Shown here: piece by piece, positions 29,865-38,690 of the stretch
How positions within the stretch are numbered: the first letter of the stretch is position 1
How the letters are laid out: each line of letters starts with the position of its first letter
Assembly: GCA_965237955.1 (NCBI GenBank)
Contig: OZ250169.1
Span: 7,328,001-7,392,000, forward strand
From: Candidatus Marinacidobacterales bacterium
GTDB taxonomy: Bacteria > Acidobacteriota > Vicinamibacteria > Marinacidobacterales > SMYC01
Length of the DNA stretch: 64,000 bases
Direction: 5' to 3'
Translations under genes and position numbers: made by a program
The notes under the pieces: model-generated
Database searches by the model: none
What the model was told of the DNA's origin: nothing
What the model saw: the letters and a program-made list of their open reading frames with translations, nothing else

Positions 29865-32188
29865 TGGCATCTTGGTTCGAAAACCTCTTCGAGTTTCTTT
29901 TCAAGTATCGCCCGCTGCTGTTCGAACGAGGCGAGTTGAGCTTGGGTGTTTCCTGGCCGGTGATCGTTTTCGGTATCGCCGCCGTGGTGATCGCGGTGCC
30001 GACCGCGCTCCGCTATCGAGGCGTTCGAGGAAAAAGCTCCGCCCGGGACCGCACCATCCTGACGGTGCTCCGTACCGCGGCCCTCCTTCTCGTACTTTTC
30101 TGTCTGTTCCGGCCTTCTTTGGTCTTGTCGACGGTGGTGCCGCAGCGGAGCTTCGTCGGCATACTGCTCGACGATTCGAGCAGCATGCAGATTAGCGACG
30201 TCGACGACGAGCCACGCGGCGTATTCATTCAAGAGACGTTCGGCCCCGAAGGGAGCGCGCTCGCAAAAGCACTCGCCGACAAGTTCATGTTGCGGTTTTT
30301 CCGTTTCTCCGACTCCGCGGAGCGGTTGAACGATCCTGCGGCGTTGACGTTCGCGGGTCCACGCACGCACCTCGCGAGAGCCCTCGAGCGTGCCACCGAC
30401 GAGCTGTCGAACGTCCCCCTGGCCGGTCTCATCGTCATCAGCGACGGCGCGGACAACTCGAACGCGGCCGTGAGCGACACGCTGCTCGATCTCCAAGCGC
30501 GGAAAGTGCCGGTTTACACCGTCGGGCTCGGACGCGAACGATTCACTCGGGATATCGAAGTGACCCGAGTGGAAGCACCACGGACCGTGTTGGAAGGCTC
30601 GTCCCTGGTGGTGGACGTCACCATCTCGCAGCGCGGCTTCGACGGCGAGACCGTGAGGCTCGACGTCGAGGACGACGGCCGGATCGTCAGATCGCGCGAG
30701 GTCATGCTTTCGGGCGAGGCCGAGGCCACGACGGTTCGGATTCACTTCACCGCGGCCGATGCCGGCGCGCGGGTGTTTCGGTTCAAGGTCACCCCCGAGC
30801 AAGGCGAGATGGTGACCCAGAACAACGGGCGCGACCAGCTGATCCACGTGGAGGACGAGCGGCCGAAGATCTTGTACTTCGAAGGCGAGCCGCGGTTCGA
30901 GCTCAAGTTCGTCCGTCGCGCGGTCGCCGATGACGAGAACCTTCAAGTCGTGTGCTTGCAGCGCACCGCGGAGAACAAGTTTTACAGGTTGGATATCGAC
31001 GATCCGGACGAGCTTTCGAGCGGGTTTCCCAAGACCCGCGAGGAGCTCTTCCGCTACCGCGGCATCATCTTGGGAAGCGTTGAAGCGAGCTATTTCACCC
31101 ACGACCAGCTCCGGATGATTGCGGATTTCGTGAGTCAGCGGGGCGGCGGCTTGCTCACCCTCGGTGGACGGTTGTCGTTCTCCGAAGGCGGATACGCGGG
31201 CACGCCCGTGGCCGAAGTGTTGCCGGTGGTTCTGACGCCGATGGAGGCCATGGAGAAACGCTCGGAAGCCGGAGAGCAAGCTGGTCCCACTTTTTTCAGC
31301 GCGCTCACGATCAAACCGACGCCGTTCGGCGCGAGCCATCCGGTCACGCAGTTCGGACCGGATCTACAGGCGAGCTCGGAACGATGGGAGACGATGCCGT
31401 CGCTATCGACCTTGAACGTCGTCGAGCGGGTCAAGCCGGGTGCAACGACACTTCTCACCGGCACGGGCCCGGAAGTGGACACCCAACCCGTGCTGGTGTT
31501 CCAGCGCTACGGTCGCGGCCGGTCGGCTGCGCTCACCGTCAACGATTCCTGGCAGTGGCAGATGCACCACGAGATTCCGCTCGAAGACATGACCCACGAG
31601 CTTTTCTGGCGCAAGCTCTTACGCTGGCTCGTGAGCTACGTGCCCGACCAAGTCACGGTGACCACGGAAAAACAACGCTACGCGCCCGGTGAGAGCGTGT
31701 CGGTTATCGCCGAAGTCGACGACGATCGTTTCTTGAAAGTGAACAACGCTCGAGTGTCCGCGACGGTGCGCACTCCTTCCGGGGAGCGGTTCGATATACC
31801 GATGGAGTGGACGGTCGACAAAGACGGCGAGTATCAAGGTAGCTTCTTGCCGTCGGAAAAAGGCATCTACGAGATTGGTGTTTCGGCGACGCGCGACGGC
31901 GTCGAGCTCGGCAACGCGACCGGATTCACCCAGTCGCAGGAGCTGGACGACGAGTACTTTCAAGCCGAGATGCGTGCTCCGTTGATGGAGCGTATCGCCA
32001 GGGAAACCGGGGGGGGCTTCTATACTCCGGAGACGGTCGAGCGGCTTCCCGAGGACATGTCCTACATCGAAGGTGGTACCACCATCCGCGAGCGGCGGGA
32101 TTTGTGGGATATGCCGATCGTGTTCGTGTTGCTCGTCGGGATCGTCGTTTCGGAGTGGGGCTATCGTAAGATCAGAGGTTTGGCGTGA
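29864..32188 (+). CDS. Membrane protein with VWA-like, Ig-like and class-I GATase-like domains
   Basis: N-terminal TMs, LDDSSSM MIDAS-like motif, ISDGADN, FEGEPRFELKF, FVSQRGGGLLTLGG, C-terminal EWGYRK. Confidence 0.85.
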   Translation: MASWFENLFEFLFKYRPLLFERGELSLGVSWPVIVFGIAAVVIAVPTALRYRGVRGKSSARDRTILTVLRTAALLLVLFCLFRPSLVLSTVVPQRSFVGILLDDSSSMQISDVDDEPRGVFIQETFGPEGSALAKALADKFMLRFFRFSDSAERLNDPAALTFAGPRTHLARALERATDELSNVPLAGLIVISDGADNSNAAVSDTLLDLQARKVPVYTVGLGRERFTRDIEVTRVEAPRTVLEGSSLVVDVTISQRGFDGETVRLDVEDDGRIVRSREVMLSGEAEATTVRIHFTAADAGARVFRFKVTPEQGEMVTQNNGRDQLIHVEDERPKILYFEGEPRFELKFVRRAVADDENLQVVCLQRTAENKFYRLDIDDPDELSSGFPKTREELFRYRGIILGSVEASYFTHDQLRMIADFVSQRGGGLLTLGGRLSFSEGGYAGTPVAEVLPVVLTPMEAMEKRSEAGEQAGPTFFSALTIKPTPFGASHPVTQFGPDLQASSERWETMPSLSTLNVVERVKPGATTLLTGTGPEVDTQPVLVFQRYGRGRSAALTVNDSWQWQMHHEIPLEDMTHELFWRKLLRWLVSYVPDQVTVTTEKQRYAPGESVSVIAEVDDDRFLKVNNARVSATVRTPSGERFDIPMEWTVDKDGEYQGSFLPSEKGIYEIGVSATRDGVELGNATGFTQSQELDDEYFQAEMRAPLMERIARETGGGFYTPETVERLPEDMSYIEGGTTIRERRDLWDMPIVFVLLVGIVVSEWGYRKIRGLA

Positions 32189-33183
32189 TCGTGAGAACCG
32201 CTTCTCTGCTAGTTGCGCTCGTGTTCGCGTCGACTGCGTCTGCGAAAGAAACCTATCTCGTCATCATCGCCGGACTCGGCGGCGAGGACAGCTATCGCGA
32301 GAAGTTCCACCAGTGGTCGAGCGATATGCGCGATGGCGCGGTGAACCGTCACGGTGTCTCCGAGGACAAGGTCTACTACCTTGCCGAAAAGCCTGAGCTC
32401 TACCCCGACCAGGTGCACGCGAAATCGACGAAGGAGAACGTGATGGCTCTTTTCGGAGAGCTCGAGACCAAAGTCTCTCCGGGCGATCAGCTCTTTGTTC
32501 TTCTGATTGGTCACGGCAGCTTTCGCTCCGAGCAATCCCGTTTCAATCTCCCTGGGCCCGACTTGACCGCCGCGGATTTCGATTTACTGCTCCAGCCGTT
32601 CTCCGAGCAGCAGATCGTCTTCGTGAACGCGTCGAGCGCGAGCGGCAACTTTCTTCCGGTGCTGTCGGCTGCCAATCGAATCGTCGTCACCGCGACCAAA
32701 TCCGGGTACGAGCGGAATGAATCTCAGTTTGGCAAGTACTTTGTAGAGGCCTATGCTGGGGCCGATGGCCGGGATGTAGCCGACACGGACAAGAACGGGC
32801 GCATCTCGGTCTTGGAAGCGTTCACGCACGCACGGGTTCGCGTGGACGGCTACTACAACGAAGAGAACATCCTCCAGACCGAGCACGCGGTTTTAGACGA
32901 TAACGGCGACGGTGAAGGCGCGGGCGAGAACGAGGGGGACGTCGCGAGCACGGTGTACCTCCTCGGCGATGCCGCCTTGGCCGAGGGCTTCAGCGAAGCG
33001 GATGTCGCCGGCGATCCCGAGCTCGCGCGCCTCCTCGAAAAGAAGCTCGAGCTCGAAGGAAGGGTGGAGGCGTTGCGGCTCCAGAAGGATTCGATGCCCG
33101 AGAATTTATACATGACTGAGTTGGAGAGTCTCTTGATTGAGCTTGCTCAGGTGACTTTGGGCATTGAAGAGCGGAGACAGTAG
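32185..33183 (+). CDS. Secreted caspase/legumain (clan CD)-fold protein
   Basis: Signal peptide, LFVLLIGHGS, VFVNASSASG, IVVTAT; Ca-loop-like DTDKNGRIS and DDNGDG; C-terminal coiled coil. Confidence 0.7.
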   Translation: MIVRTASLLVALVFASTASAKETYLVIIAGLGGEDSYREKFHQWSSDMRDGAVNRHGVSEDKVYYLAEKPELYPDQVHAKSTKENVMALFGELETKVSPGDQLFVLLIGHGSFRSEQSRFNLPGPDLTAADFDLLLQPFSEQQIVFVNASSASGNFLPVLSAANRIVVTATKSGYERNESQFGKYFVEAYAGADGRDVADTDKNGRISVLEAFTHARVRVDGYYNEENILQTEHAVLDDNGDGEGAGENEGDVASTVYLLGDAALAEGFSEADVAGDPELARLLEKKLELEGRVEALRLQKDSMPENLYMTELESLLIELAQVTLGIEERRQ

Positions 33184-33186
33184 CTC

Positions 33187-35841
33187 GTGCGCCATCAGCC
33201 ATCAGCCGTCAGCCGTCAGCGGGTCAGCGTCTTGCTGGGTGTTGTGCTGCTATTGGGGGTCGGTGTTGCGAGTTCGGTTGCTAGTCTCGAGGAGGCGGAA
33301 GCGGCGCTTCGGAGGGGGCGGTACGAGGATGCTCTCTCGGCTTTCGAGGACGCTTCGGTGGCCACGCCTACGCCGCGTCTATATAAAGGTTGGATCGAGG
33401 CTCTTCGTCTGACGGGGCAATATGACGACGGGCTCGCGCGCGTCGACGCTTTCCTTCAGAAAGAACCGGCTTCGGTCGAGCTCGAGAACACCCGAGGGGA
33501 GCTTCTCTACGAGCGCGGCCGCGTCGACGAAGCTCGTGCGGCGTTCGAAAAAGCCATCGCCGGCAGGGGGCGCGACTCTCTGGACGCGGAGCTGAACCTG
33601 GCGATTCTGCTCTACGACGAAGGCGACGTTGCCGACGCGCTCCGTCGCTTCGATCGTTTCATCGACGTCTACAACCAGAGCTTGAAGCTCGGGGCGGAAG
33701 AGCTGACGGCCGTGGGTGTCGCGTGTCGGTATCTCGGTGCGACGAACCCTGAGCTGTACCGGGACGCGTTGAAGGCGCTCGACGAGGCAAAAGCGAAAGA
33801 TCCAAGCTCGCTCGGGCCTACGATCCTCGCCGGCGCTCTCTTCCTCGAGAAGTACAACAGTCCCGACGCGAGCAAGAGTTTCGGCGAGGCTCTTGCGGTG
33901 AACCCGAACCATCCCGAAGCTCTCCTTGGGCTCGCGAAAGTCAAAGCATTCGACGGCTCCCCGGAAGCGCTTACGCTGACCGAGAAAGCGCTCGAGGTCA
34001 ACCCGAGCTACGTTGCGGCCCGAGCTTTTCTCGCCGAGCAGCATCTGGGTCTCGAAGAGTACGACGAGGCCCGGGTCGAGGCGAAAAAAGCGCTCGACGT
34101 CAACCCCGTCTCTCGGCAAGCGCTTCCTATCCTCGCGGCGTCCGAGCTTCTCATGGGTAACGAAACGGCGTTCGAGGAAATCGAGCTCCGCGCGCTCGCA
34201 CGAAACCCGCGGGATGCCGATTTCTACAACAAGCTCGCCGACATCGCGGTGCAAAACCGTCTCTACCACCGCGCGGTCGAGTTCGCCTCGAAAGCGGTGG
34301 AGCTCGACGACCGCTCGTGGGCGGGCTACGGTCTTCTCGGTGTCAATCAACTGCGACTCGGCGACATCGAAGAGGGACGTGCCAGTCTCGAGCGCTCGTT
34401 CGAAGGCGATCCGTACAACGTCTGGAACAAGAACACGCTCGATCTGCTCGATACGTTTCCCGACTACGTCACCACCGAAACCGAGCGATTCGAGCTCTTC
34501 ATCGAGGGGTCGGAATCGGAGCTTCTCGCGGTCTATTTCGCGAAGATCGCCGAGCAAGCGTACGACGCCCTCGCCGCGCGCTACGACTACCGGCCGGAAA
34601 CGCCCATCCGCATCGAAGTCTTCCCGTCGCACGGGGATTTTTCGGTCAGAACCCTCGGGCTTCCCGGCCTCGGTGCGCTCGGCGTCTGTTTCGGTCCCGT
34701 GATTGCGGTGGACTCGCCATCGGCGCGTCCGAAAGGCCAGTTCAACTGGGCGTCGACGCTCTGGCACGAGCTCGCGCACACGTTCACGCTTGGCGTGACC
34801 GACCACCAGGTACCACGGTGGTTCTCCGAAGGCCTGTCGGTGCTCGAAGAACGCCGCGCACGACCCGGGTGGGGCGACGACGTCAATCTGGGTTTTCTCG
34901 CCGCCTACCAGCGCGACAAGCTTCTGCCGATCGCCGAGCTCAACAACGGCTTCATGAGACCGACCTACCCGCAGCAGATCGGGATCTCCTACTACCAAGC
35001 GTCGCTCGTCTCCGAGCTTATCGAGCGGGATAACGGCTTCCAGGCGATTCGCGACATGCTCGCAGGCTACCGCAATGGGCTTTCGACGCCGGAAGTCTTC
35101 AAACAAGTCTTGGAGCTCGAGCTCGACGAGTTCGACGAGCGATTCGAGATCTATCTTGCCGAGCGGTTCGATGCGGTTGCGGCGACCCTTCGCCTTCCGC
35201 CCGAAGGCGAGGCCCCTCCGGTCGTCGTCGAGGATTTATCGTCTCGCGCAGAGCAGGACGAGTTCGACTTCATCGCGCACCTCGAGATGGGTAAAAGAGC
35301 GCTCGCCGACGGAGATACCGAGAAAGCCGAGACGTACCTCGAGCGTGCGAAAAAGTTGTTTCCGGAATACGCCGAGGAGGGGAGCCCGTACATCGTGCTC
35401 GCCGAGATGCACGAGGACGCTGGGCGCACCGCGCGTGCCGCGTCGGAGCTCCAGACCTTCGTCGACATCAACGAGAACCACTACGATGCCCACGTGAAGC
35501 TTTCCCAGCTCTACCAGGAGCTGGGTGAAACCGAGCAAGCGGCGGAGATACTGGAGAGGGCGCTCTACATCTACCCGTTCGAGCTCACCGTACACCAGGA
35601 TCTCGCTCGGCTCTTTCGCGAGAGCGAGCGCTACCACGATGTCGTCTCCGAGCGGCGGGCGCTCGTCGCTCTCACCACCGATCGAGCCCAGGCGTTATAT
35701 GACCTCGCTCTCGCTTACCACGAGGCCGGGGACAATGTGAGCGCCCGCCGGGAGCTGCTGCGAGCGCTCGAGCTCGCTCCGGCGTTCAAGGACGGTCTGT
35801 TCCTGCTTCTCAAATTGAAGGCGGCCGAGGGCGACGCGTGA
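33187..35841 (+). CDS. Secreted TPR-repeat protein with a central peptidase MA-like domain
   Basis: Many TPR-like repeats; LWHELAHTF...PRWFSEGL gluzincin motif. Confidence 0.85.
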   Translation: MRHQPSAVSRQRVSVLLGVVLLLGVGVASSVASLEEAEAALRRGRYEDALSAFEDASVATPTPRLYKGWIEALRLTGQYDDGLARVDAFLQKEPASVELENTRGELLYERGRVDEARAAFEKAIAGRGRDSLDAELNLAILLYDEGDVADALRRFDRFIDVYNQSLKLGAEELTAVGVACRYLGATNPELYRDALKALDEAKAKDPSSLGPTILAGALFLEKYNSPDASKSFGEALAVNPNHPEALLGLAKVKAFDGSPEALTLTEKALEVNPSYVAARAFLAEQHLGLEEYDEARVEAKKALDVNPVSRQALPILAASELLMGNETAFEEIELRALARNPRDADFYNKLADIAVQNRLYHRAVEFASKAVELDDRSWAGYGLLGVNQLRLGDIEEGRASLERSFEGDPYNVWNKNTLDLLDTFPDYVTTETERFELFIEGSESELLAVYFAKIAEQAYDALAARYDYRPETPIRIEVFPSHGDFSVRTLGLPGLGALGVCFGPVIAVDSPSARPKGQFNWASTLWHELAHTFTLGVTDHQVPRWFSEGLSVLEERRARPGWGDDVNLGFLAAYQRDKLLPIAELNNGFMRPTYPQQIGISYYQASLVSELIERDNGFQAIRDMLAGYRNGLSTPEVFKQVLELELDEFDERFEIYLAERFDAVAATLRLPPEGEAPPVVVEDLSSRAEQDEFDFIAHLEMGKRALADGDTEKAETYLERAKKLFPEYAEEGSPYIVLAEMHEDAGRTARAASELQTFVDINENHYDAHVKLSQLYQELGETEQAAEILERALYIYPFELTVHQDLARLFRESERYHDVVSERRALVALTTDRAQALYDLALAYHEAGDNVSARRELLRALELAPAFKDGLFLLLKLKAAEGDA
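33190..33228 (+). repeat. 7-bp tandem array (TCAGCCR), single arm
   Basis: GCCATCAGCCATCAGCCGTCAGCCGTCAGCGGGTCAGC at the 5' end of the TPR gene. Confidence 0.8.
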
Positions 35842-36650
35842 CGCGCACGGGGCGGATTCTTGTAGGTACCGTTGTCGTCGCGCTCGTCTTGTCGATAGCC
35901 GCGATAGCGACGCGAGCGGCGATGGAGCTACCGATCGTGTGGAACCGGATGCAAGGCTTCGGTTTGGATCTGCCGTACGACAACCACCCCTACAACGGTC
36001 GGTTCACGTTCGTGCGCGTGAAGTTCGAGCCGACGCGGTGGGGACGAGGACGGTACGAATGGGGTCTGGATCTCAAGTGGAATCACGACTACCCGCTGGG
36101 CGAGCGCAACTTGATGACGATCTTGAAACACCACACTTTGATCGAGCCCAACATGGAAAAGGGCAACATCTACGCGCTCGATGATCCGGAGCTCTTCAAC
36201 TACCCCTGGGCGTACCTTTGCGAAGTGGGGTTTTGGAACCCGACGGAGTCCGAGGCCGAGAGCCTGAGAACATACCTTCAAAAGGGTGGCTTTCTCGTCG
36301 TCGACGACTTCATCATGGAGCGGCAGTGGTACAACTTCGAAACGCAGATGCGGAAAGTGTTTCCAGAGCATCAGCTCATCCAGCTCGACGTGACCCATCC
36401 GATCTTCGACACCTTCTTCTATATCGAGACGCTCGACTTCGAGCACCCGACATTTCCAGGCTTGAAGCCGGTTTACTACGGCATCTTCGAGGACAACGAC
36501 CCCCAAAAGCGGCTCATGCTCATCGCCAACTACAACCACGATATCGGGGACTACTGGGAGTGGTCGGGAACCGGCTGGGTGCCCATCGATATCTCCAACG
36601 AGGCTTTCAAGCTTGGCGTCAACTACGTGATCTACGGGATGACGCACTGA
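35838..36650 (+). CDS. DUF4159-domain protein, paralog 2
   Basis: WNHDYP, YPWAY, LRTYLQKGGFLVVDDF, HPIF, NHDIGDYWE, LGVNYVIYGMTH. Confidence 0.88.
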   Translation: MTRTGRILVGTVVVALVLSIAAIATRAAMELPIVWNRMQGFGLDLPYDNHPYNGRFTFVRVKFEPTRWGRGRYEWGLDLKWNHDYPLGERNLMTILKHHTLIEPNMEKGNIYALDDPELFNYPWAYLCEVGFWNPTESEAESLRTYLQKGGFLVVDDFIMERQWYNFETQMRKVFPEHQLIQLDVTHPIFDTFFYIETLDFEHPTFPGLKPVYYGIFEDNDPQKRLMLIANYNHDIGDYWEWSGTGWVPIDISNEAFKLGVNYVIYGMTH

Positions 36651-36682
36651 ATTTTGTCCATTTCCTCGAGAAAGGACCTGCT

Positions 36683-37714
36683 TTGGCTGAAGAAGAAACA
36701 GTAGCACTCGAATCTCAGGACGATATTGCCCTCGCCGATCGATTGCGGGCGGCGCAAGCGAACATCACCCAGGAAATGCGCAAGCTGATAATAGGCCAAG
36801 AGGATGCCATCGAACAGGTGCTGTTGTCTCTGTTCGTCGGGGGCAACAGCATCATCACCGGTGTGCCCGGTCTCGCGAAAACGATGATCATACACACGGT
36901 GGCGCAGGTGTTGGATCTCAAGTTCGCGCGCATCCAGTTTACGCCGGACCTCATGCCGTCGGACATCACCGGCACCGACCTCGTGCAAGAAGATCCGCAA
37001 ACGGGAAAGCGCGAGCTCGTGTTCATGCCGGGCCCGATCTTCAACAACATCGTGCTCGCCGACGAGATCAACCGTACGCCGCCCAAGACGCAATCGGCGC
37101 TCCTCGAGGCAATGCAGGAGCACCAGGTCACCATTCAAGGACGAACCTACACGCTCGACGAGCCGTTTTTCGTGTTCGCGACCCAGAACCCGATCGAGCT
37201 CGAGGGAACCTATCCGCTCCCGGAGGCCCAGCTCGACCGCTTCATGTTCAATATCATCATCGACTACATGCCCGAGGACGACGAGATCGACGTTGTTCGC
37301 AGGACAACCGCGGTGCAGGAGTACGAGTTCGAACACGTTGTGACCGGGGAGGACATCCTCGCGTTCCAGAATCTCGTCCGGAAAGTGCCGGTGTCCGATG
37401 CGATCATGCGCTACGCGGTCAGACTCTCACGCACGACGCGTCCTGGCGAAGAGGGTGCTCCCGAATTCGTCGAGAAATGGGTCGAGTACGGCGCCAGCGT
37501 GCGTGCCGCTCAGTACATCATCCTCGGGTCCAAGGCGCGCGCTCTCATGCAGGGCCGCTACCACGTGAGCTACGAAGACATCCGCGCTCTGGCGAAGCCG
37601 GTATTCCGCCACCGCATCCTGACCAACTTCCACGCGCAGAGCGAGAAGATCTCGTCCGAAACGCTCATCGACCAGTTGCTAGAAACCGTCGACGCGCCGA
37701 AATCGCGCATGTAG
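36683..37714 (+). CDS. MoxR-family AAA+ ATPase
   Basis: GVPGLAKT, RIQFTPDLMPSDITG, LADEINRTPPKTQSALLEAMQE, ATQNPIELEGTYPLPEAQLDRF; AAAGGA RBS before TTG. Confidence 0.96.
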   Translation: MAEEETVALESQDDIALADRLRAAQANITQEMRKLIIGQEDAIEQVLLSLFVGGNSIITGVPGLAKTMIIHTVAQVLDLKFARIQFTPDLMPSDITGTDLVQEDPQTGKRELVFMPGPIFNNIVLADEINRTPPKTQSALLEAMQEHQVTIQGRTYTLDEPFFVFATQNPIELEGTYPLPEAQLDRFMFNIIIDYMPEDDEIDVVRRTTAVQEYEFEHVVTGEDILAFQNLVRKVPVSDAIMRYAVRLSRTTRPGEEGAPEFVEKWVEYGASVRAAQYIILGSKARALMQGRYHVSYEDIRALAKPVFRHRILTNFHAQSEKISSETLIDQLLETVDAPKSRM

Positions 37715-37719
37715 ATGGC

Positions 37720-37750
37720 AAGCATTCAGCATTCAGCATCCAGCATTCAC
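37720..37750 (+). repeat. 7-bp tandem array (TYCAGCA), single arm
   Basis: AGCATTCAGCATTCAGCATCCAGCATTCAC between moxR and the DUF58 gene. Confidence 0.8.
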
Positions 37751-37775
37751 TCCGCGATCGGGATCGAGAAACAGC

Positions 37776-38690
37776 ATGGCTGAGACCGCACGGCGCGAGC
37801 GGGTGGGGCAGTTTGTCGATCCGCACCTGCTGGGGCGGATTGCCAACCTCAAGCTGCTGGCGCGTTCGGTGGTTCAGGGCTTCATCAGCGGGCTTCATCG
37901 ATCGACCTATCTGGGACGCTCGGTGGATTTCGCCGAGCATCGTGCGTACATGCCTGGGGACGACATTCGCCAGATCGATTGGCGCCTGTTTGCGCGTACG
38001 GACCGCTTCTACGTCAAGCAGTTCGAGGCGGACACCAACACGAACTTCACCGTCGTTCTCGACATCTCGCGCTCGATGAACTTCGGAAGCGTTGGGATCA
38101 CCAAGCTCGATTACGCTCGCTACCTTGCGGCGTCTCTCGCCGTCTTCTCGCAGAAGCAGCGCGACCGTATCGGGCTCATCACCTTCGACAACGACATCGT
38201 CGACTTCGTGCCGCCGTCGGCCAAGCATCTGGAGATCGTGCTCCACCGGATCGATCGTATCGAGTCGACACGACCGAGCGAGTATCGCGTCCCGCTTGCG
38301 AAAGTCACCCAGGCAGTTCACCGGCGCGGGATTGTCGTTTTGATCTCCGATCTCTACGACGAACCGTCCGCGATCCTCGACGCTGTCAAAGGACTTCGCT
38401 ACAAGGGTAACGATCTCATCGTCTTTCATGTTCTCGATCCGGCCGAGCTGAGCTTTCCTTACGATGAGGCGGCGAGCTACCGGGATCTGGAAACGGGCGA
38501 GGCGGTGCCCATCATTCCCGAGTATCTGCGGGAAGAATATCGGAAACTCGTCAAGGCGCACGTGAGCGCCTTGTCCAAGTCTCTCGGCGACAACCGTATC
38601 GACTATGCGCTCCTCGATACGTCCACGCCGCTCGACTACGCGCTTTTCCACTACCTGTCACGGCGCGAGCGCATGACGAGGACGCGGTGA
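37776..38690 (+). CDS. DUF58-domain protein
   Basis: GLHRS, DFAEHRAYMPGDDIRQIDW, LDISRSM, LISDL. Confidence 0.94.
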   Translation: MAETARRERVGQFVDPHLLGRIANLKLLARSVVQGFISGLHRSTYLGRSVDFAEHRAYMPGDDIRQIDWRLFARTDRFYVKQFEADTNTNFTVVLDISRSMNFGSVGITKLDYARYLAASLAVFSQKQRDRIGLITFDNDIVDFVPPSAKHLEIVLHRIDRIESTRPSEYRVPLAKVTQAVHRRGIVVLISDLYDEPSAILDAVKGLRYKGNDLIVFHVLDPAELSFPYDEAASYRDLETGEAVPIIPEYLREEYRKLVKAHVSALSKSLGDNRIDYALLDTSTPLDYALFHYLSRRERMTRTR

